From Lachnospiraceae bacterium UBA7093 (GTDB taxonomy: Bacteria > Bacillota > Clostridia > Lachnospirales > Lachnospiraceae), in NCBI GenBank assembly GCA_002492465.1, contig DKYT01000019.1, positions 40,815 through 104,814 of the forward strand: a stretch of 64,000 bases of DNA, written 5' to 3'. Below are positions 40,507 to 49,601 of this stretch, piece after piece. Under the pieces are notes generated by a model that saw only the letters and a list, made by a program, of their open reading frames with translations, was not told the DNA's origin and made no database searches. The position numbers and the translations under genes were made by a program. Numbering within the stretch: the stretch's first letter is position 1; each line of letters begins with the position of its first letter.

Positions 40507-42322
40507 TGTCTATCGCCTCCTTGCTTAATAAAGGTAATACGATCGTAAACTCTGTTCCTATATCCGGTATGCTTGAAACGCAGATGCCATACTCCGGTCC
40601 GTACCGCAGTTTAATGCGCGTGTTAACGTTTTCCAGACCAATACTGTGGGTGGAGCTGTCATTGCCTGGGGTATCCTTGTCTTGGACGGTTGTACGGTTG
40701 AGCTTTTCCGTAAGGCGGCGGAGAACGGTTTCTGACATTCCCTTTCCATTGTCTTTTACCGAAAAATAGCTTTTACCTTCCTTACAGCAGCCTTCTACCA
40801 GTATAAAGGTATGGCTTCTCTGATTTTCACAGCCATGTATGACAGCGTTTTCCACAAGGGGCTGCAGAATAAGGGTTAAAATATACCGCCCCTTCATTGC
40901 TTCGTCTAATTCCAGCCGGTAGTCGAGACGCCCCTCAAACCGGCTGCTCTGCAGGGCAAGATAATCGTTTAAAAGAGAAAATTCCTCCTCCACCAGAGCT
41001 TCCCTGTCGAGCTTTGCCATTCCCCGTAAAAGATTGTGGAGGCGTTCAATATTGGAAACTGCATGAGCGGTTCGTCCTACCTGGATCTGCAAGCTGATCA
41101 TATTTAATGTGTTATATAGAAAATGAGGCTTAATCTGATTTTGAAGGGCATGCAGGCGCGCCTCCGTATGCAGGATCTCAGTTTGGTAAATTTTCGTGGT
41201 CAGTTCTGTATTCCGTTTGATATTATCGTTTATGGTTTCTGTCATTTTGTTAAAGGAATCCCCCAGATAACCAATTTCATCATTCCGTTTTCCGGTAAAG
41301 GAAACCTGAAAATTGCCGTTTCTCACTTCCTTCATAAGCTGAACGATCTCCATTAAAGGGTGCAGAATTCTGTGGGTAAAGAACAGAAGCACGAGGATTG
41401 CAGTACAGGAGCTTAAGGTAGCGAGTATAAAGGTAAAGTTGCGGGTTTTCTGGGCGTTTTTTGTCAGTTCCCGTAAAGAATTGACGGATACGATCGTCCA
41501 GTCAGGGTTTTGTACTTTTACGGTATTGATCAGGTATTCAGAGCCGTCTATTTTTTGCGTCCATGCGCCGGAGGAGGAAAAAACAGCTTCTGACAAAAGA
41601 GCAGTCTGAGGTAAGGGGATACTGTTGTAAATCAGATTTTGATCTCCGTCTATAATATAAATGCCGCCATCCTCTCCCATATCGACCTTTTGGACAATGT
41701 CTGAAATGCCCTCATAGCTTGCGTCTACTTTGATTACGCCAATTCGTTCATCTATATTTTTGACACTTTTAAGCTGTTTTACAATTGAGAAAACCGTATC
41801 CTTAGGATAAGACACCAGCTGTTCCGTGTGAGGCGGTACGAAAATCGGTTTACTGTCCTCCAAAGCGGACTGGTACCAATCATAAGCAGTATAATCCGTG
41901 TAGAGATCGACGCTTTTGGGCATTTTTCCGCCATAATAAATACTGTCGGTTATGACAAAAATATTTAGCACATCCTTGCGGGGAAGGATCATGATCTTAT
42001 CAAGGTAATTTTCGATCACCCGCCGTCTGTTCAGCCTGTCCATATCCGAGCCGCCTGTTGATTCCATGGCGCTTACCACCTTGTCGTCGTAATAAAGGTA
42101 GGTGGTAAGGCGGAATAACTCGTCAATATAGGCACTTAAGTTGATGGAAAGCTGTTCCAACGTCTGCTCGATCTGCTCAGAGGACTGTCGCTGGAAATCC
42201 TCCGTATAGCGATAGTAGGATAAGACTGAGGTAAAAAATACGGAGAGCAGGATTAAAAGAGCGACAACTGCGGTTAATGAAAATCGTATGCTGTGAAATT
42301 TTTGCGTTTTTAAAGAAACCAT
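40478..42322 (-). CDS. YesM/LytS-like sensor histidine kinase (Cache, HAMP)
   Basis: LQNQIKPHFLYNTL, LQPLVENAVIHG, DNGKG, IGLENV. Confidence 0.92.
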   Translation of the reverse strand: MVSLKTQKFHSIRFSLTAVVALLILLSVFFTSVLSYYRYTEDFQRQSSEQIEQTLEQLSINLSAYIDELFRLTTYLYYDDKVVSAMESTGGSDMDRLNRRRVIENYLDKIMILPRKDVLNIFVITDSIYYGGKMPKSVDLYTDYTAYDWYQSALEDSKPIFVPPHTEQLVSYPKDTVFSIVKQLKSVKNIDERIGVIKVDASYEGISDIVQKVDMGEDGGIYIIDGDQNLIYNSIPLPQTALLSEAVFSSSGAWTQKIDGSEYLINTVKVQNPDWTIVSVNSLRELTKNAQKTRNFTFILATLSSCTAILVLLFFTHRILHPLMEIVQLMKEVRNGNFQVSFTGKRNDEIGYLGDSFNKMTETINDNIKRNTELTTKIYQTEILHTEARLHALQNQIKPHFLYNTLNMISLQIQVGRTAHAVSNIERLHNLLRGMAKLDREALVEEEFSLLNDYLALQSSRFEGRLDYRLELDEAMKGRYILTLILQPLVENAVIHGCENQRSHTFILVEGCCKEGKSYFSVKDNGKGMSETVLRRLTEKLNRTTVQDKDTPGNDSSTHSIGLENVNTRIKLRYGPEYGICVSSIPDIGTEFTIVLPLLSKEAIDNVQCDVSRR

Positions 42323-42521
42323 ATTGAATGCCCTTTCTGCAAAATAATTTGACGTTTTCAGGGATATATATGTTTTTTCTTATTATATCACGGTTTTATG
42401 AATTGACAGGGCAGAGTATAAAAAATCGAACCTGTATCGTAAGTTTTGAGGATTTTAAATCATTTTTCCGTAGGCTATACTGAAAATGTAAACAGAAAAC
42501 AACAAAATGGGAGGGCAAAAA

Positions 42522-43862
42522 ATGATACCTATGAAAAAACGCATATGCGCCGGGATCCTGGCGGGAACCATGCTTCTTGGAATGACAGCGTGCGGACAAA
42601 AGGAAAACGGCGGGACCGGTACGGATGCGCCAAAGCCGGTACAGGAGGAAAAGAATTCTGAAGCAGCAAAAACGGAACAGGTTACCATAAAGTTTTTTAA
42701 CGGAAATGTAGAGATGGTAGACTGGTATAATGAAGCTATCGACCGCTTTAACGCGCAGAGCAGCAACATTAAGGTTGAACATGAGTTTCAAAAGGAGGGA
42801 ACTTCGGCATTACAAACCAAGTTCGCCGCAGGAGACATTCCTGATATTACCACAATGGGAACACAGCAGATGATCGATGCAGGCAAGTTTGTGGATCTCA
42901 CAGACGCCCAATGGTGGGATCGAATTGATCCTTCTATCAAGGAAATATCGGCGGATGTTAAAACCGGTAAAAATTTTTATATTCCTACCAACACAATAAT
43001 TACCGCGACCATTTACAATCAGAAAATTTTTGATGAATTGAATTTGCAGCCTGCCGCTACCCTGGATGAATTTACGGAAAACCTCCGCGCCATTAAGGCG
43101 GCTTATCCGGACAAGGATCCTCTTTACTTCTCGGGAAAAGAGGCATGGACGATAGGAATGCTGTTTGGCTATCTTCCGGATGCAGTGGAACGCCAGCGGC
43201 TGGGGGAATTGGAATACAGCCGTGCCGCGCTGGAAGGAGATATCAGCAAGCTGAAATTTTCGGAGGCGGGAGGTCCTTTGGAAACTTATATTACATGGCT
43301 GGGATCTCTCTGGGAGGAAGGTTTGATCAACAGTAATGTGCTTACCGCAACCTATGACGATGCTATCAACGCCATTGCAAAGGGGGATGCGGCGGTTATC
43401 TTCCAGGGAATGTTTACCATTGGCAATATTTTGTCCATTAACCCGGAAGCAGAAAAGGAACTGCGCGTATGCGCTTTCCCGGCTGTGACTGACGATGTAA
43501 AGCCTGCCTTAAACCAGGGACCGGACAGTACTTATTACATTACGGCGGATTCCCCTCATCAGGAGGAGGCAAAGATTTTCTTGGACTGGCTGTTTGAGGC
43601 TGAAAACCAGGCTTCCTTTACCACAACCCGTAATGCGCCGTCAGCTTTCTCGGACGTGACATCGGATATCGGACCAATTTATAACAGCGCGGTGGAAGCT
43701 GCCAAAACAGCAGCGATCATTGGACCGGCAAGAGAACCGGCGGGATTTGGCGGCGACGCCACAGGGGTGATGTTACAGGAGTTTTTCGCAGGACAGTATA
43801 CCCCGGCGGAATTTGCAAAGGCTTACGAAGAAGCCTGGAAGGCGGCATTTGACGCGCAATAA
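42522..43862 (+). CDS. Carbohydrate ABC substrate-binding lipoprotein (family 1)
   Basis: Lipobox MTAC, AAGDIPDI, IYNQKIF; context of permeases and GH32. Confidence 0.88.
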   Translation: MIPMKKRICAGILAGTMLLGMTACGQKENGGTGTDAPKPVQEEKNSEAAKTEQVTIKFFNGNVEMVDWYNEAIDRFNAQSSNIKVEHEFQKEGTSALQTKFAAGDIPDITTMGTQQMIDAGKFVDLTDAQWWDRIDPSIKEISADVKTGKNFYIPTNTIITATIYNQKIFDELNLQPAATLDEFTENLRAIKAAYPDKDPLYFSGKEAWTIGMLFGYLPDAVERQRLGELEYSRAALEGDISKLKFSEAGGPLETYITWLGSLWEEGLINSNVLTATYDDAINAIAKGDAAVIFQGMFTIGNILSINPEAEKELRVCAFPAVTDDVKPALNQGPDSTYYITADSPHQEEAKIFLDWLFEAENQASFTTTRNAPSAFSDVTSDIGPIYNSAVEAAKTAAIIGPAREPAGFGGDATGVMLQEFFAGQYTPAEFAKAYEEAWKAAFDAQ

Positions 43863-43873
43863 CCAATAAACAG

Positions 43874-43914
43874 GAAAGCCACAAAATATAAATAGAAAAT
43901 ATTTTGTGGCTTTC
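43874..43914 (+). terminator. Hairpin after the binding-protein gene
   Basis: GAAAGCCACAAAATAT-N9-ATATTTTGTGGCTTTC followed by TTT. Confidence 0.7.
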
Positions 43915-43947
43915 TTTCAAAATCATTTTTACCCGGGGCAAAATAAA

Positions 43948-44832
43948 ATGAAAAAATTAAGAAATAAAATAAGTTTAAATCTGCATAAATTTATGATGGC
44001 GCCTGCGGCAGTTCTTTTTTTAGTCTTTTTTGTGCTTCCTCTTTGCCAGGGAGTGGGAATCAGCATGACAGACTGGAACGGTTTTTCTGAGGAAAAGAAT
44101 TTTGTGGGATTTGCTAATTTCATAAGATTTTTTTCCGACAAACGCGCGCTCCATGCCATACAGGTAACGGTGGTATTTGGACTGGTCAGTCCCTTTCTTT
44201 TGAACGTGTCCGGACTTTTTCTTGCGCTGCTGGTGGATTCTAAAAGGAAAAGCCGGGTGCTGCTGCGCATGATAATATACCTCCCGTCGATTATCAGCCC
44301 GTTGATTATGGGGTATTTGTGGACGCTTATTTTGTCTCCAAGGACAGGGGTATTGGATCAAATTTTGCAGCGGTTTAATCCTTCTCTTTCTTTTGACTGG
44401 ATGGGTGTGCCTGATAAAGCGCTGTGGCTGATTATTATGGTCAATGTATGGCAGTTTACGGGGGGACCTATGATGGTATATCTGGCGGGGCTTCAGTCTA
44501 TTCCAAAGGATTTATATGAATCGGCAAAGATAGACGGCGCAGGCAGAATGCAGGCGTTTAAAAATATTACATGGCCTCTTCTATACCCTTCTGCAAAGAT
44601 CAATATTTTTAATAATATTATCGGTTCTATGGCGGTGTTTGACATTATCATGGCGATTACCATGGGAGGTCCTGGGTATGCCACGGAATCCTTAAGCATT
44701 TATATTTACCGGCAGTCGTTTAACGGGTTCGCAGGCTATGCCACGGCAATTGCCCTTATAATGTTTCTGATCATCGCCGTGCCTATTGGGATTACCATGA
44801 GGTGGATGAAAAACAAGGAAATTGAGATGTAG
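43948..44832 (+). CDS. Carbohydrate ABC permease 1
   Basis: FVGFANF, YLAGLQSIP, YESAKIDGA, GGPGYATE. Confidence 0.9.
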   Translation: MKKLRNKISLNLHKFMMAPAAVLFLVFFVLPLCQGVGISMTDWNGFSEEKNFVGFANFIRFFSDKRALHAIQVTVVFGLVSPFLLNVSGLFLALLVDSKRKSRVLLRMIIYLPSIISPLIMGYLWTLILSPRTGVLDQILQRFNPSLSFDWMGVPDKALWLIIMVNVWQFTGGPMMVYLAGLQSIPKDLYESAKIDGAGRMQAFKNITWPLLYPSAKINIFNNIIGSMAVFDIIMAITMGGPGYATESLSIYIYRQSFNGFAGYATAIALIMFLIIAVPIGITMRWMKNKEIEM

Positions 44833-44845
44833 GGGAGGTTTGGGA

Positions 44846-45663
44846 ATGAAAAGAGTGAAAAAGTGGGCTGCCGCAATTACAGTGTTTATAACCGGTTTTA
44901 TATTCCTGATACCGTTTTATATTATGTTCTATTTATCCCTGAGCAGTCCGGGCGATTCCATTGCAGAGGAGTGGTTTCCCAGGGCGCTTATGGTTCAAAA
45001 TTTCCGGGAGGCATGGGAAAAAGCCAGTATGGGGCGCGCCATGGTTAACTCGCTGGTCATAACCGTGGGCGCAGTGCTCCTGCTTGTTTTTTGCGCGGCA
45101 TGTGGAGGATACGGGGCGGCAAGGGTAAAGAATAAGATCAACCGGATGATTTTTTACATAATGGTGCTCAGTATGATGGTGCCGGGAATTATCAATACGG
45201 TTCCGCTGTATATTATGATGCGGAGAATAAATGGGATTAACACTTATTGGGGAATGATTATGCTGCTTGCCTGCCAAAGTCTGCCCTTTTCCGTTTTTCT
45301 GTATGAAAGCTTCATCCGTACTATGAATTCGTCTTTGGAGGAGGCGGCAATTATGGACGGCTGCACCCGGTTTGAGGCGTTTTGGAGAATCGTTTTTCCT
45401 TTATTAAAGCCAATAACGGCTACCGTGGTGATTATGCAGGGAGTTGGGATATGGAATAACTATGCCCAGTCTGTTTTTTTCCTTCAGAATCAGAATTATC
45501 ATACCATACCCCTTGCAATTTCTACTTTTTTCAGACCTATGGAGCTGATTATAATTTGCTTGCCGCCGGGGCGGCAATTGGTCTTGCGCCTATTGCAGTG
45601 GTTTTTCTGATTTTTCAAAAGCAATTTATCAAAGGTTTGAGCGCAGGCGCAGTAAAAGGATAG
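44846..45663 (+). pseudogene. Carbohydrate ABC permease 2, frameshifted at a T6 run (45526-45531)
   Basis: EEAAIMDG EAA loop. Adding one T restores ...TFFQTYGADYNLLAAG...FQKQFIKGLSAGAVKG* ending at 45663. Could be a sequencing artefact. Confidence 0.8.
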
Positions 45664-45676
45664 GAGAGAAGAGCAG

Positions 45677-47155
45677 ATGGAAGAAAAGAAGAAACGCCGT
45701 CAGGAGGCATACCGCCCTCAATTTCATTATACCGCCCGGGAATATATCATAAACGATCCCAACGGTCTGGTTTATTATGAAGGGGAATATCATCTGATGC
45801 ATCAGTATAATGTAGATAATCAAATTTACTGGGGACATGGGGTAAGCAGAGATCTTCTCCACTGGAAGCGCCTGCCCCCGGCATTGGCGCCGGACGAGAT
45901 CGGTCAAATATGGTCGGGAAGCGCCGTGGTAGACTGGAACAACTCCAGCGGTTTGCAGGAAGGAGAAGAAAAGGCGCTTGTTGCGCTTTTTACCTACAAT
46001 GAGCACGTGGATGTGCGGCAGAGCCAGGGACTGGCATACAGCTGCGACCGGGGCAGGTCATGGCATAAATACAAGGATAATCCTGTTTTAATTCCGGAAG
46101 AAGGAAAAGGAAAGGATTTTCGGGACCCTAAGGTTTTTTGGTATGCGCCGCTTTCCTGTTGGATTATGGCGCTTGCCTGCTTTGACCGGATTGCATTTTA
46201 TAGCTCTTCTAATTTGATTCAATGGGAGTTTTCCGGAGAATTTGGGCAGGGGGAAGGAAGTCATGGAGGCGTATGGGAATGTCCCGACCTGTTTGAGCTT
46301 CCCGTGGAAGGCGAAAAGGAAAGGACAAAATGGGTTCTCACCGTCAGCGTTAATAAGGGAGCGCCTGCAGGGGGAACCGGGATGCAGTATTTTGTAGGGG
46401 AGTTTAACGGGAAAACCTTTTTGAATGAAAACCCTCCGGAGCAGGTTTTATGGATGGATTATGGCAAAGACTTTTATGCCGGGGTTACCTGGAATGATAT
46501 TCCAAAAGAAGATGGAAGACGGCTGATGATAGGATGGAGCGACAACTGGCTATACCGCGATGCGCTGCCTACGTTTCCTTTTAAGGGACAGCTTTCCTTT
46601 GTGCGGGAGCTTTCTTTAAGGCAGACAGAAGAGAGGATTAGAATATATCAGCAGCCTGTGGGGGAACTGGAAAATGGCAGAATTTTAAAGTCCTGTAAAA
46701 CAAAGCATATGTTAAAGGAAGAGGAAAAGCTTCCGTTTCGGTTTTTTGCTTTGGATTTTTCCTGCAAATTTGAGACATCGGATTCTAAAAAGGGAAAGGT
46801 TGAAATTCGGCTGTCCAGCAGCGAAAAGGAGTTTGTAAAAATCGGATATGATTTTCAAAAGGAGCTGCTTTATGTAGACCGGCGGTACTCCGGGTTAAAC
46901 CCTCATAAAGAATTTCTGGGCGCTTATGAAGCGCCTGTAAGGGGATGCGAGGGAAAAATAGATTTGCGGATTTTAGTGGATGTGTCCCAGATAGAAGTTT
47001 TTGCAAAGGAGGGGGAGGCGGTTATGACAAATCTGTTTTTTCCTGAAAATTATGACCGTGGATATGAGATCAGCGTTCATGCTGACGGCGCTTCTGGCGT
47101 TGTTGCAGGGTATGAGGCATGGGAAATTTCCATTTCTTTGGCAGATCCATTGTAA
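45677..47155 (+). CDS. GH32 beta-fructofuranosidase/levanase-like
   Basis: Catalytic motifs INDPNG, FRDPKV, WECPDL; WSGSAVVD; no signal peptide. Confidence 0.93.
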   Translation: MEEKKKRRQEAYRPQFHYTAREYIINDPNGLVYYEGEYHLMHQYNVDNQIYWGHGVSRDLLHWKRLPPALAPDEIGQIWSGSAVVDWNNSSGLQEGEEKALVALFTYNEHVDVRQSQGLAYSCDRGRSWHKYKDNPVLIPEEGKGKDFRDPKVFWYAPLSCWIMALACFDRIAFYSSSNLIQWEFSGEFGQGEGSHGGVWECPDLFELPVEGEKERTKWVLTVSVNKGAPAGGTGMQYFVGEFNGKTFLNENPPEQVLWMDYGKDFYAGVTWNDIPKEDGRRLMIGWSDNWLYRDALPTFPFKGQLSFVRELSLRQTEERIRIYQQPVGELENGRILKSCKTKHMLKEEEKLPFRFFALDFSCKFETSDSKKGKVEIRLSSSEKEFVKIGYDFQKELLYVDRRYSGLNPHKEFLGAYEAPVRGCEGKIDLRILVDVSQIEVFAKEGEAVMTNLFFPENYDRGYEISVHADGASGVVAGYEAWEISISLADPL

Positions 47156-47226
47156 AGGTTTTTGTTGCGGCTTTGCCGGAACGCAGATATAATAATTGTG
47201 AAGTAATTTATGAACGAGGTGCAGTT

Positions 47227-47955
47227 TTGGATATTTCAAAAGTATTGAAAAAGCAAAAGAAATATGAAGCTTTAAAGGACAGCCTTCCCAAAATGACGGT
47301 TGCATCTTATGAAACAGCTTTTGAGGTGGAGTATACCCATAATTCTACAGCTATTGAAGGAAATACGCTGACCTTAATGGAAACGAAGGTGGTTCTGGAG
47401 GATGGTATCGCAATCGGCGGAAAGTCTCTTCGGGAAATTTATGAGGTGGTAAATCATAAAAAGGCATATGGGTATGTGAAGGATTGTATTAAAAAAGGGC
47501 TTGCTTTAGAGGAGAATATTGTAAAGGATATCCATGCGCTGCTTATGGAAAATATTCTTACCGGAGGAATTTACCGAAGAGAAGAGGTGGTGATCAGCGG
47601 CGCAAGCCATACGCCGCCTGCCGGAAATGAAATGTATGACCAAGTGAAAAATTTCTATACAGAGCTTTTGCAAAAAGATGATTTAAATGGCATTGAGCTT
47701 GCCGCGTGGACTCACGCTGAGTTTGTAAGGATCCATCCATTTTTAGATGGCAACGGCAGGACTTCCCGCTTGCTTATGAACTACCAATTGATGGCGAAAG
47801 GATTTCTTTCCGTCTCGATTGCCAAAGAGGACAGGCTGGAATATTACAATGCACTGGATAAATATGCCGCACAGGGGGAACTGAAGGAATTTACAGATAT
47901 GATAGCTGCATTGGAGGAAAAACAGCTAGACAGGTATTTGGCTCATAAAAATTAA
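47227..47955 (+). CDS. fic: Fic-domain protein (class II, auto-inhibited)
   Basis: HPFLDGNGRTSR Fic motif and N-terminal inhibitory STAIEGN; TTG start after GAGGTG. Confidence 0.9.
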   Translation: MDISKVLKKQKKYEALKDSLPKMTVASYETAFEVEYTHNSTAIEGNTLTLMETKVVLEDGIAIGGKSLREIYEVVNHKKAYGYVKDCIKKGLALEENIVKDIHALLMENILTGGIYRREEVVISGASHTPPAGNEMYDQVKNFYTELLQKDDLNGIELAAWTHAEFVRIHPFLDGNGRTSRLLMNYQLMAKGFLSVSIAKEDRLEYYNALDKYAAQGELKEFTDMIAALEEKQLDRYLAHKN

Positions 47956-47971
47956 TCACAAAAAAGACAAG

Positions 47972-48022
47972 AAAAACCGTGGAAAATCACGCGTATCAAT
48001 GCGTTGATTTCCACGGTTTTTT
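47972..48022. terminator. Bidirectional terminator-like hairpin
   Basis: AAAAACCGTGGAAAATCA...TGATTTCCACGGTTTTT with T-runs on both strands. Confidence 0.8.
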
Positions 48023-48161
48023 GCGTCCAATAAGCCGGCTCGCAAAGCGTGTCGGCGTTTGGTGGCTTTCTTTTTCAGCTTTACCAAAGGACTTCCAAAG
48101 AATATGCAAGTAAACAACGGATGCCAGGCTCTGCCAGTCATCCTTATGTTAAATAAAAATA

Positions 48162-48184
48162 TCGCAGAATTGACCATTCTGCGA
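48162..48184. repeat. Left recombination site (IR-L)
   Basis: TCGCAGAA-TTGACCA-TTCTGCGA: palindromic arms and an asymmetric 7-bp spacer; exact reverse complement of 49601-49623. Confidence 0.9.
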
Positions 48185-48256
48185 AACAAGAATTAGAACA
48201 TAAAACATGGCTTACCTGCTATATTTTATGCTTTTCAATATATTCTATCGACATTC

Positions 48257-48285
48257 ATTATACAAAACTTAATGCCATTCGTCAA
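48257..48285 (-). promoter_or_regulatory. Outward-facing sigma-A promoter inside the invertible segment
   Basis: Minus strand TTGACG-N17-TATAAT pointing towards IR-L; no credible gene lies downstream in this orientation. Confidence 0.78.
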
Positions 48286-48361
48286 TTTAGGGCGATAGAA
48301 TTAATGGAATTTCATATGAATTCTGTGAAATTTTATGTACAAGGAGGTTTTGGTAAATTTT

Positions 48362-48381
48362 TAGTGGTCAAAATTTGGTCA
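48362..48381 (+). repeat. Candidate arm-type recombinase binding site 1
   Basis: TAGTGGTCAAAATTTGGTCA; direct-repeat partner at 49535-49554. Confidence 0.6.
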
Positions 48382-48396
48382 GCAGGAGGAAAAAAC

Positions 48397-49512
48397 ATGC
48401 CGAAAACAGGAAGCAACATACGCAGACGTTCCGACGGACGCTGGGAGGGAAGGTATAAATACCTGACCCCTGAAAAAATCTTTAAAATGAGATCGGTCTA
48501 TGGAAAGACCTACAGGGAAGTTAAAAAAAAGATGGAACTGCTTATCGTTGAGCAGAATGAAAACATTCAGCAGATGGCTGATAAACGCGCAGGCAGTTAC
48601 CTGACGTTTGGGGAAGTGTCAGGGAAATGGCTGTCTTCGGTAGAAAAGACAAAGAAATATTCTACTTATGTGAAATACCGGGGAATCTGTGAAAAACATC
48701 TGGAAATTCTAAAGGAGGTCAGAATGAATGAGATTTCCGGCGCACTTTTGAATGAAAAGATTTTTTGGGATAAAGAAAGTATGTATACGCAAAATTTGAA
48801 ACATACGGTCATACAGATCGTGAACCAGGTCATACGGTTCAGTAATGATATCCACAGTTGCCATATCCCTTTGCTTGCTAACCGCGGGGACCGGGAAAAG
48901 GGAAAGAAAATAAAAATTATCAACCAGGCAGGGCAGACGGCGCTGCTCCGCTACCTGTCTGTGGATACAGATAGCTTCAAAACAGGCATTTGCCTTTGCC
49001 ATGCGACCGGGCTGCGGCTGGGAGAAATATGCTCGCTGAAATGGGAGGATATAGATTTTGATCAGCGGATTATCCATATAAACCGGACGATCCAGCGAAT
49101 TGCCGTTACCGGAGGCGATACAAAAACAGCGCTTATGGAATCCTCGCCCAAAAGTGCTTTTTCCATGCGGGAGATACCGGTTTCTAGTCATATTATACGT
49201 ATTTTAGGCGGATTGGAACACACCGGGGAGTACGTAATCGGAGGAAAAAAGCCTGTAGAACCCCGCACCTATGAAAACCGTTTTAAGCGATATGCAGAAA
49301 AAGCCGGGATTGGGACATGTAATTTCCATATGCTGCGCCATACCTTTGCGACCAACTGCATTGAAAACGGCATGGATGCAAAAACGCTGAGTGAGATCCT
49401 TGGGCATGCCAATGTGCAAATTACGCTAAACCGTTATGTGCATCCAACCATTGAGAGCAAGCGTAATCAGATGGAAAAAATGGATGACTATTATGGGAAT
49501 GTCATAAAGTAA
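48397..49512 (+). CDS. Tyrosine recombinase with N-terminal arm-binding domain
   Basis: NIRRRSDGRWEGRY; intact catalytic set GLRLGE (R), PKS (K), HMLRH (HxxR), LGH (H), NRYVH (Y); AGGAGG RBS before ATG 48397. Confidence 0.95.
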   Translation: MPKTGSNIRRRSDGRWEGRYKYLTPEKIFKMRSVYGKTYREVKKKMELLIVEQNENIQQMADKRAGSYLTFGEVSGKWLSSVEKTKKYSTYVKYRGICEKHLEILKEVRMNEISGALLNEKIFWDKESMYTQNLKHTVIQIVNQVIRFSNDIHSCHIPLLANRGDREKGKKIKIINQAGQTALLRYLSVDTDSFKTGICLCHATGLRLGEICSLKWEDIDFDQRIIHINRTIQRIAVTGGDTKTALMESSPKSAFSMREIPVSSHIIRILGGLEHTGEYVIGGKKPVEPRTYENRFKRYAEKAGIGTCNFHMLRHTFATNCIENGMDAKTLSEILGHANVQITLNRYVHPTIESKRNQMEKMDDYYGNVIK

Positions 49513-49534
49513 AAGTTGTCTATTAAGATTTTTA

Positions 49535-49554
49535 TAGTGGTCAAAAAAATGGTC
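49535..49554 (+). repeat. Candidate arm-type recombinase binding site 2
   Basis: TAGTGGTCAAAAAAATGGTC; first 12 bp identical to 48362-48373. Confidence 0.6.
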
Positions 49555-49566
49555 TGAGATGTGGAT

Positions 49567-49601
49567 AAATCTCTTGTTTCCTAAAGGTTTGAGAGATTTT
49601 T
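49567..49601 (+). terminator. Weak hairpin after the recombinase gene
   Basis: AAATCTCT-N17-AGAGATTT followed by TT; large loop. Confidence 0.35.

Noticed and set aside
48021-48030. c-di-GMP-I riboswitch (minus strand GGACGCAAAA)
   Set aside because: Only this short motif matches; the P1/P2 architecture is missing and the A-run belongs to the terminator.
47956-48189. 77-aa minus-strand ORF downstream of the invertible promoter
   Set aside because: No good RBS, it runs through IR-L and the terminator hairpin, and it has no recognisable motif; cannot be fully excluded.
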